DNA from: Okeania sp. SIO2B3
GTDB taxonomy: Bacteria; Cyanobacteriota; Cyanobacteriia; Cyanobacteriales; Microcoleaceae
Assembly: GCF_010672525.1 (NCBI RefSeq)
Contig: NZ_JAAHGH010000039.1
Span: 41 to 64,040, forward strand
Direction: 5' to 3'
Length of the DNA: 64,000 nucleotides
Below, piece after piece: positions 50,539-61,028 of the stretch. The position numbers were made by a program, and so were the translations under genes. A model generated the notes under the pieces. It worked only from the letters and a program-made list of their open reading frames with translations, did no database searches and was not told the origin of the DNA. Positions within the stretch are counted from its first letter, which is position 1, and every line of letters starts with the position of its first letter.

Positions 50539-50843
50539 GATTTTTTCCTATGTTGCTAATTTGAAATACAAGGTAATTATCTGATATTTTTATGTAGTTA
50601 GTAAGTGATTTCCATAAGTATAATTTAGTGATAAAATTAAGTTTGATTAGTGATAAAATTAAGTTTGGTTAGTGATACTTATGTTGACGAACTAATGATA
50701 TAGATCACAATTGATATTCAGCCGGAAGAAGAAAATTTTAATGACTAATATAATCACTAAAATCAAATAATTGCTATAGCAGGGAAAAGGCAACAGTGGG
50801 AAAAACATTTCCCTCCGTAAAATTCACGATCAATTGAGAGCTT

Positions 50844-51006
50844 AATATCATGTCCGGATAATTAGTGATCAAAAAACTTTCTACTTTTCCTCCTCTTTAT
50901 TCTTTCTTCTTGCTTCTTTCTTCTTCTTTCTTCCCTCCTGACTCCTGAGGACTGACTCCTGAGGACTCCGTCATTTATTTATAAGTATTCAACCGGACAT
51001 GATATA
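50844..51006. mobile_element. MITE family B copy (best-preserved)
   Basis: AATATCATGTCCGGATAATTAGTGATCAAAAAACTTTCT ... ATTCAACCGGACATGATATA. Confidence 0.7.
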
Positions 51007-51145
51007 ATTAATTCTTTCGCCTGCTATGAATAGCTCAGAAAAGCAAATCAGATAGTGATTTTAGCATTTATAGCACAAGGAAGAAGACGTTTAGTTATCT
51101 ACCAGAGAAGGAAAAATCTTGTATTGCCTGAGTTTTACAGAGGTT

Positions 51146-51586
51146 TTCCTGCACGGTAGACCACAGTAAGGACGTTCCATGGAACATCCCTACAAGGTTT
51201 TGGTTGTGGCGATGTAGTTCATCAACTTGAAAAGCGCTGTAAGCTTTTGATATGTCCGCACCCTTTCCTTCTACTGCTATACATTTCAGAAACAGAAAAT
51301 GGCAAAAAATTACATTTTTGAGCAAAGAGCAAATAAAAATAAATTGGTAACAGTAGGAGAGTTTCTGGCATGATTTAGGACTTACGCAGTAGAAGGTAGT
51401 TTCCGTCATTGCGACCGACACCCGAAGCAATCTCAAATGCAACTTTTTCGTGCCTCGTGCGTAAGCCCTGATGATAAAAATCATACAGCGGTTTTCATTT
51501 TGGTAGACCACAGGAGGTTCCATGGAACGTCCCTACAAGGTTTTGTTTGTGAAGATGTGGTTCATCAACTTGAAAAGCGCTGTAAG
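51146..51586. repeat. Two direct ~85-bp repeats (51146-51243 and 51502-51586) centred on the palindrome GTAGGGAYGTTCCATGGAACRTCCCTAC, flanking a hairpin element (51377-51469)
   Basis: Read directly. A third, inverted copy lies at 10135-10222. Confidence 0.8.
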
Positions 51587-52377
51587 ATATAATAAAAAGA
51601 AGATGATCACATTCTTTTCCTAACCTCTAGCTCCTCTATGAAAAAGGTTGAGGATATGTGGCAAGAATTTTAGTATTTCATCTCAATACATCTTGTTGGG
51701 TTTACCCTCCTCAAGTCTAACGAAACCTACTGAGATCAAGTCACATTAATTAACCATACCATAGTATCAATTGACATCTCCAGGGGTTGAAACACCCTGA
51801 ATTCTGTGGCAAATCCACCGCAAATGGGATAAATCCACATTTACTTAAAGCCTGAAGGGCAGACTCCTAAACTCCTCGGCATAGATCGAAATCTAGCTGT
51901 GAGTTTACTTTTTTTTTTGTTAGCTTTCACGAGTGGTTTTACTCGCGCTGGTTGGAGCAATCTTCTCGCTGCTCTAGCTGTCTACTTGCTTTTCGGTGCC
52001 GAATGCGGAGCTAACAGCCGTCGTAGGAAGTTAATTCCCCGTCTCCTGTCCACCGGAATTTCACCGCAAAGCGCGGTCATGTCATGGCGACAAACCTTGT
52101 TCCTTATTCCGCTAGTATAGCAGATTTTTACTTCGCTTTATTACCCGCGTGTCGTTATTCAACCAGCCGTTAAAACAGGCGCTGCGTACTTCCTCCCGAC
52201 GCTTTTTAAGTTTGGATAATTGCTGTTGTTGGCCTCGTTATCAATGTATGAAGGCCAATCGCATGGTGGGACTTTTCGCAGATTCAGTTAAAAATTGTCA
52301 ACGATTGGATAATAATTGCTGAGTTGATGATAGGTTAGAACTTTAGCTATAAATAGCCAAAAATTGAGGAAAAATCT

Positions 52378-52860
52378 ATGGCAGTGCAACCACCTCCACC
52401 TCCATCTATTACTCCACGCCAGATGAATTTGTTGCGGATTGTTGCTTATATGGCATGGTCTGATGGACAACTGGCGCAAGAAGAAGTGGACTTAATGTTA
52501 AATCGATTCAGTAGTCTTTTTGCTACAGGAGATCGACAGCAACAACTTCAGGAAGAATTAAGGGATTATTTCATGCAAAATATCCCATTAGGAGAGTCAA
52601 TTCCTAAATTAGAATCCCAACAAGAACGGGAACTGGTGCTAAAGTTGGGTTACGAAGTAATTGCTTGTAGTGCTCGTACTCCTGAAGAACCTAATATTAA
52701 TGAAGATGAGGAAGTTGCTTATGAAAATTTAAAGCAATTACTGAATCTTCCAGGTGATGTAGTGGAGCGTATAGAAAATGAGGCCAAAACTGAACTGAAT
52801 AACCAAGAGGGAATAGTTGAGATGATGACTCGTGGTTTACAGGAATTTATGCAAAATTAA
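52378..52860 (+). CDS. TerB-like (tellurite-resistance TerB / DjlA-N fold) protein
   Basis: 160 aa. LLRIVAYMAWSDGQLAQEEVDLMLN is the typical TerB-type helix pair, followed by an acidic C-terminus. Confidence 0.5.
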   Translation: MAVQPPPPPSITPRQMNLLRIVAYMAWSDGQLAQEEVDLMLNRFSSLFATGDRQQQLQEELRDYFMQNIPLGESIPKLESQQERELVLKLGYEVIACSARTPEEPNINEDEEVAYENLKQLLNLPGDVVERIENEAKTELNNQEGIVEMMTRGLQEFMQN

Positions 52861-53308
52861 TGGATTGATCTTCAATATTGCAACTCATCTGTTGTTATTT
52901 TATTTATCCTTCTTTTACCTTTTCTACAAGATTAAAGTAAAAGAAGGATGGACTGAAATTTGTAAACCACATTTTCATCCAATGGAAACATATTATGAGA
53001 TACCCGGTGATTCAAACTTTGGAAAAACTCAAAAATGGTCTTTTTTTTGTTCAATGGGTGATGTAGATTTTGAAACTATTGGCTGTAGCTCTATTTATGC
53101 ATATTATGTTCCTTGGGTTGGTTGTAATTTAGATTTAGATTCTCAACAGTCAAATTATTCAACTAAATTTTATAATTTAGTTACAAATAAAGGTTATTAT
53201 CAAAAAGCTAGAAATTTTTGTAGTTCTATGGGATATAGAGACGCTCATGGATGGCCTTTAATCATTTGGACATATAATTGGCATAAAGAATGTAGAACTT
53301 ATAGGTAA
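52832..53308 (+). CDS. Hypothetical Cys-rich protein (real start possibly ATG 52982)
   Basis: ORF only, with eight Cys in the C-terminal ~115 aa. I recognise no family. Confidence 0.3.
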   Translation: MVYRNLCKINGLIFNIATHLLLFYLSFFYLFYKIKVKEGWTEICKPHFHPMETYYEIPGDSNFGKTQKWSFFCSMGDVDFETIGCSSIYAYYVPWVGCNLDLDSQQSNYSTKFYNLVTNKGYYQKARNFCSSMGYRDAHGWPLIIWTYNWHKECRTYR

Positions 53309-53768
53309 TCTTACACCAGGAAGGAAGTAGAACAATAGGCTACCCAAAACTTCATTTCCATATCTATTTTCTGATTATAGAACTGTCTAGTATAGTGTCT
53401 ATCTAGCTTTATTTGTGTAGTGTTATATTTCAAAAATGTTTTTGCTGAGATGAAAAAGATCAACGATTGGTCTACCATACTAAAAATGTGTAACGATCTA
53501 CTAACTTAAGACGAGAAATATCAGTAATTATAATCGGCTTTAATATTAATTCTACAACTCATAATTAATCAGATTAACTTCAACCCAAGTCGTTAGATCA
53601 TCATAATTTCTCCAACTCCAACCATAAATTAAAGAAATTACCAATTATATTATATAAAATAATTAATTTTATGCTGGTACTTCTAAAGATTGAGCCTCCA
53701 TTGAAAATTATCGAAAAATTGAACAGTAAAAAGGAGAGATTAATTTCTCTCCCATTGAAAATAAAAAT

Positions 53769-54320
53769 TTAACTTGGCTTTTGGGAAATCATACCTGTTT
53801 GACGTGCATAGGCAAAAAGACCACCAGCATCAATGACAGGTTTTACTTCTCCCAAAGACTTCAACTGATAAGTCTTACCAAGAGTATGATTAGTTAACTG
53901 ATTTTCTTCAAAATCAATAGTAACTTCCTGACCAGTTTCAAATAACTCACATAGGCGATCTACAGACTCCCAAGGATATAACTCCCCGGTTGCCGAACAA
54001 TTACGAAAAAAGATGCGAGCATAAGATTGAGAAACTACTGCTTGGACACCAGCAGCACCCAAGGCGATGGGTGCGTGTTCTCGCGAAGAACCACAACCAA
54101 AGTTTTCTCCAGCCACAATTATTGGATAATGGGTTTTCATTTCTCCCGGTGAGATAAACTTACCGTAGCGATCGGGTAACCCACATAGAGCATAACTGCC
54201 TAACTTTTCATATTCATCTGGCTTGGAAGGAACCAAAGTCAGGTACTCGGCGGGAATAATTTGGTCGGTATCAATATTGTCATCTACTACAAATATCTTG
54301 CCACTTAGGGATTGGGCCAT
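53769..54320 (-). CDS. leuD: 3-isopropylmalate dehydratase small subunit
   Basis: VVDDNIDTDQIIPAEYL and AGENFGCGSSREHAP. The start is set at MAQSLSGKI, although the track extends to 54371. No leuC is adjacent. Confidence 0.85.
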   Translation of the reverse strand: MAQSLSGKIFVVDDNIDTDQIIPAEYLTLVPSKPDEYEKLGSYALCGLPDRYGKFISPGEMKTHYPIIVAGENFGCGSSREHAPIALGAAGVQAVVSQSYARIFFRNCSATGELYPWESVDRLCELFETGQEVTIDFEENQLTNHTLGKTYQLKSLGEVKPVIDAGGLFAYARQTGMISQKPS

Positions 54321-54401
54321 AATCAATTTCCTGTTTTCCGTTCTACTGAACTTATCCAAACTTACCGTCAATCCTATCTGTTTTCAAGGAGAGGTAATTG
54401 T

Positions 54402-54725
<324 letters not shown>

Positions 54726-55389
54726 AATTAATTATTAATTGTTGAACCTTCTATGTCGCAAATTTTAATATCGGACTTTTAACTTTAAGTAGCTAATACC
54801 GTAGACCTCTTGCAGAATTACTAGACTTCACTATAGTTGCCGGAAAAGTAGAACAGAAAAGAGAAAAAAAAGGATGAGAACAGATTTAATTTTTCTTGAT
54901 ATTAGGAATAGGAAGTGTATTGTACAACTCTACTTTTAATTAGAAGCTACTCATATTAATGAAACGGCCAGTCGATCGGTACAGCCAAGGTTTTATAGTG
55001 GGAATTAAATTATGCAAGGAATATCTTTCATTAATTGATAATGGATAATGGATAATTACCTCTGGTTAAGACCGAGAGGATTGAAGATAAGGAAATATTG
55101 TTTCTTTATTTTCCCCTTGTAGAGCGACAGCTCGCGGCGCAGCCAAGGGGAGGCAGAGTAAGCTAAATTATTTAATTAATAATGATTAATGATTAATTAT
55201 TCGGTAAAAAATTCTAACTCTTTCCCTATCTACATCTTCAGAAAAAGATATAAAGCTATTTATATTTGATTCGATTTTATTGCTTTATTTTGGGTAATAA
55301 TTGTGAAGTCTTACCAAGAAGGTTTAGACAAATTAAAAATTATATTTAACTATCTGAGTTAACTATTAAATCAATTGCAGTAACTACCA

Positions 55390-56253
55390 ATGACAGATCA
55401 AATTAACGATATATTTATACAGGCACGTCAAGGAAGTGTGGCAGCTATTATTCAAGTTCTTAATCAACAGCTTGCTACATTAGATGTAAGAATTAGAGCT
55501 ATATTCTCTGATGGTGTTTTACAGCTTTTATGCGAAGCATCCCAGATTGAACAGTTGGAACAGTCTAACCTTGTACAGCAAGTTAAGCATACTCTTGAAG
55601 ATATCTCACCTCGTAATATCCGAAAAGTAAATATTAATAGTAGGATTGTCCAAGAACAGCAATTACTATGGCTTGATGAAATTACTAAAGACCCAAAAGA
55701 TAAGTTGCTCTGGTCTCAACAAATTACTTTGGCTAGGCCCAATATTTTTAAACAAATAGCACGTCATTTTCAGGCAAATAAGCCTAAATCAATTCCCATA
55801 TCTCTATCTACAAGTCTCGAACGCGCTCAAATGCAAAAGCAAAATCAATTTCAACTGGGTATGATGGGTGGTTTTTTTCTAAGTCTGTTGATGCTAGTTT
55901 TGGGCATCCAAGTTAATAAATGGCTAAACTTTTCTAGGTTAGATAGAATATCAACTATAGAAAATACAAACTTACAGTCTCCCGACCCCACTATTAAAAA
56001 TTTAGAGGATACTATAGCTGAGTCGAAAGAAGCTTTTGCTCAAGCGGTACGGCTTGCTCAAGAAGCTGCTGCTGATGGTAAAACAGCTCAGTCTCAGGAG
56101 GAGTGGACGGCGATCGCCTCCAAATGGCAACAGGCATCACAATTAATGGCCTCTGTTTCTCCAGGTTATTCACGCTATGATGTAGCAGTAAATAGGGCTG
56201 AACTTTACCAAAAATACAGCGATATAGCTAAACAAGAAGCTAATAAAAAATAA
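55390..56253 (+). CDS. Hypothetical membrane protein
   Basis: 287-aa ORF with one central TM segment (GGFFLSLLMLVLGIQV). I cannot name a family. Confidence 0.5.
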   Translation: MTDQINDIFIQARQGSVAAIIQVLNQQLATLDVRIRAIFSDGVLQLLCEASQIEQLEQSNLVQQVKHTLEDISPRNIRKVNINSRIVQEQQLLWLDEITKDPKDKLLWSQQITLARPNIFKQIARHFQANKPKSIPISLSTSLERAQMQKQNQFQLGMMGGFFLSLLMLVLGIQVNKWLNFSRLDRISTIENTNLQSPDPTIKNLEDTIAESKEAFAQAVRLAQEAAADGKTAQSQEEWTAIASKWQQASQLMASVSPGYSRYDVAVNRAELYQKYSDIAKQEANKK

Positions 56254-56295
56254 GAAATTATTTATATTATTTCATTTATCAAAAAGTCAACAACC

Positions 56296-56880
56296 CTAAG
56301 TATTTTAATAAACTGTATAAGAAACTCAGATTATCTCAAAAGTCTCTATCTAGAAAAACATTCATGCTCTAATAATTATCAAAAAGCTAGACTTAAGCTA
56401 GCTCGTATTCACGCAAAAATCAAAGATTCAAGGCTTGACTATACCCATAAACTAACCACTCAACTAATTAGAGAAAATCAAACTATTGTAGTTGAGGACT
56501 TGGCAGTAAAAAACATGGTCAAGAATCATAACCCACCCCCATCCCCTCCCGGGAGGGGAGCAAGAGGGGTGGGTAGTGATGCGAACTGGGGTGAATTAGT
56601 ACGACAATTAGAATACAAAGCAGAATGGTACGGCCGAGAGTTAATCAAAATTGATAGATATTTTCCCAGTTCTAAGCGTTGTTCTAATTGCGGGTATGTG
56701 GTAGATAAACTACCTCTAGATATTAGAGAGTGGAATTGTCCAGAATGTACAGCTCACCACGATCGAGATATCAATGCAAGTATAAATATTTTGGCTGCCG
56801 GGCAGGCAGTGTCAGTCTGTGGAGCGCGCCTTTAGACCCGAAGGGAGTAAATCCCGGAAGGCGGGTGCTATGTTAGCGCA
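56296..56880 (+). pseudogene. tnpB: IS200/IS605-family TnpB remnant (5'-truncated, frameshifted, with an in-frame repeat insertion)
   Basis: ...SNNYQKARLKLARIHAKIKDSRLDYTHKLTTQLIRENQTIVVEDLAVKNMVKNH, then [NPPPSPPGRGARGVGS], then DANWGELVRQLEYKAEWYGRELIKIDRYFPSSKRCSNCGY...WNCPECTAHHDRDINASINI. It has the RuvC and zinc-finger blocks but no N-terminal half. A frameshift lies near 56370. Confidence 0.8.
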
Positions 56881-57621
56881 GCTCCTCTGTCAAGAGGCAG
56901 CAGAAAGCCCCTATTAGTGATATTAGGGAATCTCGCGCTGTCTCCTAGAGCAGCGTCGGGAGGATGTCAAATTATTTCTGTATTATTTTTATCTTTTTTT
57001 TAACAAATTCAAAAAATAATCCGACACCTTATCTTTTAACTCCTGACTCCTTACTTTTGATATCAAATCTGCTCGGGTTAGATATCAAAAAATGTTCCAA
57101 CCGACGTGCCATTGCCAAACCTTTCTCGATTTTCCCCTCCTGGGAGGGGCAGGGGTGAGTTGGGTTAGGGGTGGGTCTCCACACTATGAATCTAATTATA
57201 CCAATGCTATTGAATTTGAATATGATATAAAATCCAGTTATATAGTATATGTTGATAATTCTATAATTACTTCAATATTTAATCTCCCCTACTCCCCCAC
57301 TCCCCTACTCCTCTACTCCCCTACTCCCCCAGGACTAATTCATTGCCTGGGGAGAATATTAAGTATGAAGTACATTTAATTGTGCAAATATACAAATATC
57401 TCCATCTCCCATCACCCCATCCCCCCATCACCCCATCCCCCCATCAATTTTTCTAAGCGTGACAATAAATAGACCCTGCCACACTCCTCTACTCCCCTAC
57501 TCCCCTACTTCCTGGCGCATAGCGCTATAGGTGAAATTGGCATTAATTTACCCATCTTCCTGAATTTTCGTTTCCCAGTTACAATCAATGGACGGTGGAT
57601 AGATTTACATAACTTTATAGT

Positions 57622-59301
57622 ATGCTCACTCAAGATGCCTCTAAGTCCCTTCGTTGGCAACGCACTCAATATTCTCCTCTGACCAGAAAAATAGATGTTT
57701 TTAGTGCCGTCGGAAAATTTTTTTTCTTTTTATGGTGGGACAATTTATTTCAAAATAAGTCTGCCTCTGTGAGAAGGCTTCGTGCTCAGTGGTTGGTGAG
57801 AACTATGCTAGATTTAGGCCCAACTTTTATCAAAATAGGTCAGTCTTTATCCACGCGCGCTGACATATTACCGAAAGAATATGTGGAGGAGTTAGAAAAA
57901 TTACAAGATCGAGTGCCTCCTTTTGAAACGACAGAAGTGATCGCTATTATTGAGTCAGAGCTTGGCAACTCTCTTTATTCTCTCTATCGAGATTTTCAAG
58001 AACGTCCCATTGCTGCGGCTAGTCTTGGACAAGTGCATAAAGCCCAATTACAAACAGGTGAGGAAGTTGTAGTTAAGGTACAGCGCCCTGGATTAAAATC
58101 TTTATTTGACTTGGACGTAAAGGTGGTCAAAAATGTTATCCGTTTTTGTCAAAAGTATTTTGCCTGGGCTAAAAGGTATGAATTAGATGCTATTTATTAT
58201 GATTTTTTTAAAATTCTCTATCAAGAAATTGATTATGTAAATGAGGGTAAAAATGCTGACCGTTTTCGGGAAAATTTTAAAGATTATCCGGAAATAATTG
58301 TACCTTTTGTTTATTGGACTTATACTACGGAAAAAGTTATTACTCTTGAGTATTTACCGGGAATTAAAATTAACGACAAAGTACGACTAGAAGCTTGTAA
58401 TATTAATCCAAAAGGGATTAATCAAATAGGAGTTTGTTGTTATTTAAAGCAATTATTATTAGATGGTTTTTTTCAAGCAGATCCTCATCCAGGAAATTTA
58501 GCTGTTAGTTTAAATGGTGGTGTTATTTTTTATGATTTTGGCATGATGGCTGAGGTAAAGTCATTGACGAAAGACCAGATGATTAAAACGTTTTTTGCTA
58601 TTCTCAGAAAAGATGTTGACCAGGTGCTTAATACTTTGATTAATATTGGTTTAATTGAACCAATGCCTGATATTATGCCTGTAAAAAGATTAGTGAATTT
58701 TCTATTGGAAAATTTTACAGATAAACCTGTAGATTTTTATAATTTTGATGAAATTAAGGAAGAACTTTATGTATTATTTGAGCAGCAACCATTTAGATTA
58801 CCTTCCCAAATGATTTTTATTCTGAAGTCTATATCTACTTTAGATGGTATTGCCAGAGAACTCGATCCTGAGTATAGTTTGGTTACTTGCGCTCAACCTT
58901 TTGTCAAAAGTATTACTGTTGCTCAAGGTAGAGGTAGAGTTGTAGGCGAATTGGCAAAACAGACAAGAGATTTTATTAAGTATAAGTTACAGCAACCTAG
59001 TAAAAGTGAAATTTTAATCCGTCAATTAGAAACGAAAATTGAAGATGGTGAGATTCAATTTAGAGTCCGCTCTATTGAAAATGACCGATTATTAAAACGA
59101 ATTAATTTAGCTTTAAAAATTTTGATTTATACTTGTTTTTCTGGTTTTACTTTCCTCTCAGCTTCAGTTTTATTGGTAGGAGGATTTATGAAACCAGCAA
59201 TAGTAGTTTGTATATTATCAGGGTTAGGATTTATCTTTGTTTTAAAGTCAGGATTTCAGTTATCTGTAAGAGAAAAATTAGACAAAATGGCAGAGAAGTG
59301 A
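57622..59301 (+). CDS. ABC1/UbiB (AarF) family atypical kinase
   Basis: 559 aa with FIKIGQSLSTRADILP, PIAAASLGQVHKA, FQADPHPGNL and C-terminal TM segments. Confidence 0.88.
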   Translation: MLTQDASKSLRWQRTQYSPLTRKIDVFSAVGKFFFFLWWDNLFQNKSASVRRLRAQWLVRTMLDLGPTFIKIGQSLSTRADILPKEYVEELEKLQDRVPPFETTEVIAIIESELGNSLYSLYRDFQERPIAAASLGQVHKAQLQTGEEVVVKVQRPGLKSLFDLDVKVVKNVIRFCQKYFAWAKRYELDAIYYDFFKILYQEIDYVNEGKNADRFRENFKDYPEIIVPFVYWTYTTEKVITLEYLPGIKINDKVRLEACNINPKGINQIGVCCYLKQLLLDGFFQADPHPGNLAVSLNGGVIFYDFGMMAEVKSLTKDQMIKTFFAILRKDVDQVLNTLINIGLIEPMPDIMPVKRLVNFLLENFTDKPVDFYNFDEIKEELYVLFEQQPFRLPSQMIFILKSISTLDGIARELDPEYSLVTCAQPFVKSITVAQGRGRVVGELAKQTRDFIKYKLQQPSKSEILIRQLETKIEDGEIQFRVRSIENDRLLKRINLALKILIYTCFSGFTFLSASVLLVGGFMKPAIVVCILSGLGFIFVLKSGFQLSVREKLDKMAEK

Positions 59302-59423
59302 AGATTTATATATCCCCATCAATTATCTTCATTGACCTTTCTCAAATTAAAATTATCAGGAAAATATTAAGCATCAGGACTTAATTATTTTCTCCATTTT
59401 TTATATTACGTTTTAGAGTGGGG

Positions 59424-59651
59424 GTAAGCATTTCCTCCGGAATGCTGCGCAAACAGCCGTCAGCTATCAGCTATGAGTTATTAGCTCATTATCAGTTCAA
59501 AAGAGGAATTAGTCTCCAAGGAAAATTAAAACTTATAAAAAAAATGTCTTCAGCTAACCTTAGTAAGTTATTAAATTCAAAAGTTGTTTGCGGAGCATTT
59601 CGTACGAAATACTAATAGCTGTTTGCCCAGCATTCCGCAGGAAATGCTTAC
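59424..59651. mobile_element. MITE family D (34-bp TIR GTAAGCATTTCCTCCGGAATGCTGCGCAAACAGC) with 8-bp target-site duplication GAGTGGGG
   Basis: The TIRs differ at 2 of 34 positions. GAGTGGGG occurs at 59416-59423 and at 59652-59659. Related solo ends occur near 15030, 20024, 35445 and 44245. Confidence 0.8.
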
Positions 59652-59876
59652 GAGTGGGGAATGTAGATTTAAGCTTTTTATGGAGACTAATTAGCTAATG
59701 AGCAATTATAGCAGTCTCAAGAAAGGTTAGGGCAGTTAAAAAGTTTAAAACTAAGACAACGTAATACTTTTCCTTCTTCCTTCTTACTTCTTACTTCTTA
59801 CTTCTTACTTCTTACTTCTGCATAGATAATGATAATATCAAGACATTCATATAGTTTTCTTGACTTATCAGTAAAA

Positions 59877-60467
59877 ATGTCTCCAGAAAAATTTTTGTCA
59901 TCCCCTGTTTGGCGCGCCAGAATGAAGACTTACTTCAAACTTATGGATGTCGATAAAAACGGGGTTTTAACCCTCTCCGACTTTGAAGAAATTGCAAATC
60001 GTTTAATTCAACTTCAAAATGATTCATCAAAGAATGAAGAAATTCGCCAGATGTGTCATTCTCTGTTTCAATATTTTATGGCTGGAGGAGGACCAGTTGA
60101 TAGTAACACTCAAATTAGCGAAGAAGATTTGATTACTAATGTTGCAAATACCGTATCATTATCATTAGCTGAATCACCAGATAAAATATATGAAGTAGGC
60201 AGACATAAAAACGAGCTTTTCTTCGATATAATTGACACCGATCATTCTGGGGAAATATCTCGCGAAGAGTACCGAAAGTACCTTGCAATATACACTGGAG
60301 AAGAAAAGCCTGACAATGCTGACCAAGCTTTCGACAGTATCGACTCAGATGGCTCAGGTTCCATCAGTCGTGAGGAGTTTGTCGAAGCTCATATACACTA
60401 CTGGTTTGAAATTGGGGGTGAAAAAGATAATTCTCCCCTTCCCTATGGACAATTAGTCGCTTCATAG
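59877..60467 (+). CDS. EF-hand calcium-binding protein (sarcoplasmic-CaBP / photoprotein-like layout)
   Basis: The EF loops are DVDKNGVLTLSDFE, DTDHSGEISREEY and DSDGSGSISREEF. The N-terminal W..R....F..MD context is present. The track start is 59829, but ATG 59877 is more plausible. Confidence 0.75.
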   Translation: MSPEKFLSSPVWRARMKTYFKLMDVDKNGVLTLSDFEEIANRLIQLQNDSSKNEEIRQMCHSLFQYFMAGGGPVDSNTQISEEDLITNVANTVSLSLAESPDKIYEVGRHKNELFFDIIDTDHSGEISREEYRKYLAIYTGEEKPDNADQAFDSIDSDGSGSISREEFVEAHIHYWFEIGGEKDNSPLPYGQLVAS

Positions 60468-60579
60468 AACTTTTAATATGATCAATAAGTAGGGGTTTTG
60501 GTCAGAATATTTTTCCAAAAAAAGAAGTTGTAGCGATCTGTCTAAGTATCTCTAAATATAACTACTCAAGTATTTTGTC

Positions 60580-60748
60580 ATATCAAGTCCGGTAGTATCG
60601 ATATTGTAAAGGTAAGGAAGAAGGAATAGGAAAGAGGGAAGAAGGCTTTATTTATCTAGAACAGAAGACTTAAAAGTCCGAAAAAACTTAAATTTTCTGT
60701 AGATATTCACCCTTGGGTTTACACAAAAAATACCAGCGGACATAATAT
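60580..60748. mobile_element. MITE family B copy (degenerate)
   Basis: ATATCAAGTCCGGTAGTATCG ... TACCAGCGGACATAATAT. Confidence 0.5.
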
Positions 60749-60781
60749 CAAATATTCTTTTGACTTTGAGCATAGTAGTTT

Positions 60782-61028
60782 TAATTAGGGTTTGCGCTTC
60801 ACTAGTCTTATGGGTGAGGGTAGGAGACAGGAGACAGGAGAAATGGGTCGTGAGCGAGGAGGTAGGAGCGGGCGTTTTGTAAGAATGATTTTTCTGCCCA
60901 ACTATGCGTCTAAAATACGCTCTTTTTTGAGCGTGAAGAACTGAAAACCAGGCACTTTTTCAAAGCCCCAAAAAGGCTAAAATCTTTATCTGTAAATACT
61001 TTTAGATTTAATCAGCAAGCCCTAATTA
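60782..61028 (-). mobile_element. MITE family A copy 7 (inverted; lacks the GGGAGGGG core)
   Basis: TAATTAGGGTTTGCGC...GGGTGAGGGTAGGAGACAGGAGACAGGAGAAATGGG...ATTTAATCAGCAAGCCCTAATTA. Confidence 0.8.

Noticed and set aside
51095-51523. 142-aa minus-strand ORF
   Set aside because: It spans the two palindromic 85-bp repeats and the hairpin element between them. It has no coding features.
52165-52290. tmRNA-like features on the minus strand. The reading frame GCC AAC AAC AGC ... encodes ANNSNYPNLKSVGRKYAAPVLTAG*, with GUCCCACCA just upstream and AUGCCGAGG further downstream.
   Set aside because: There is no GGGGCUG-type 5' end, no T-arm (GGTTCGA-type loop) and no acceptor pairing. The tag does not end in the usual ...AA. 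The pieces are in the wrong order even for a permuted gene, and part of the region is a family-D repeat copy. I treat it as a coincidence.
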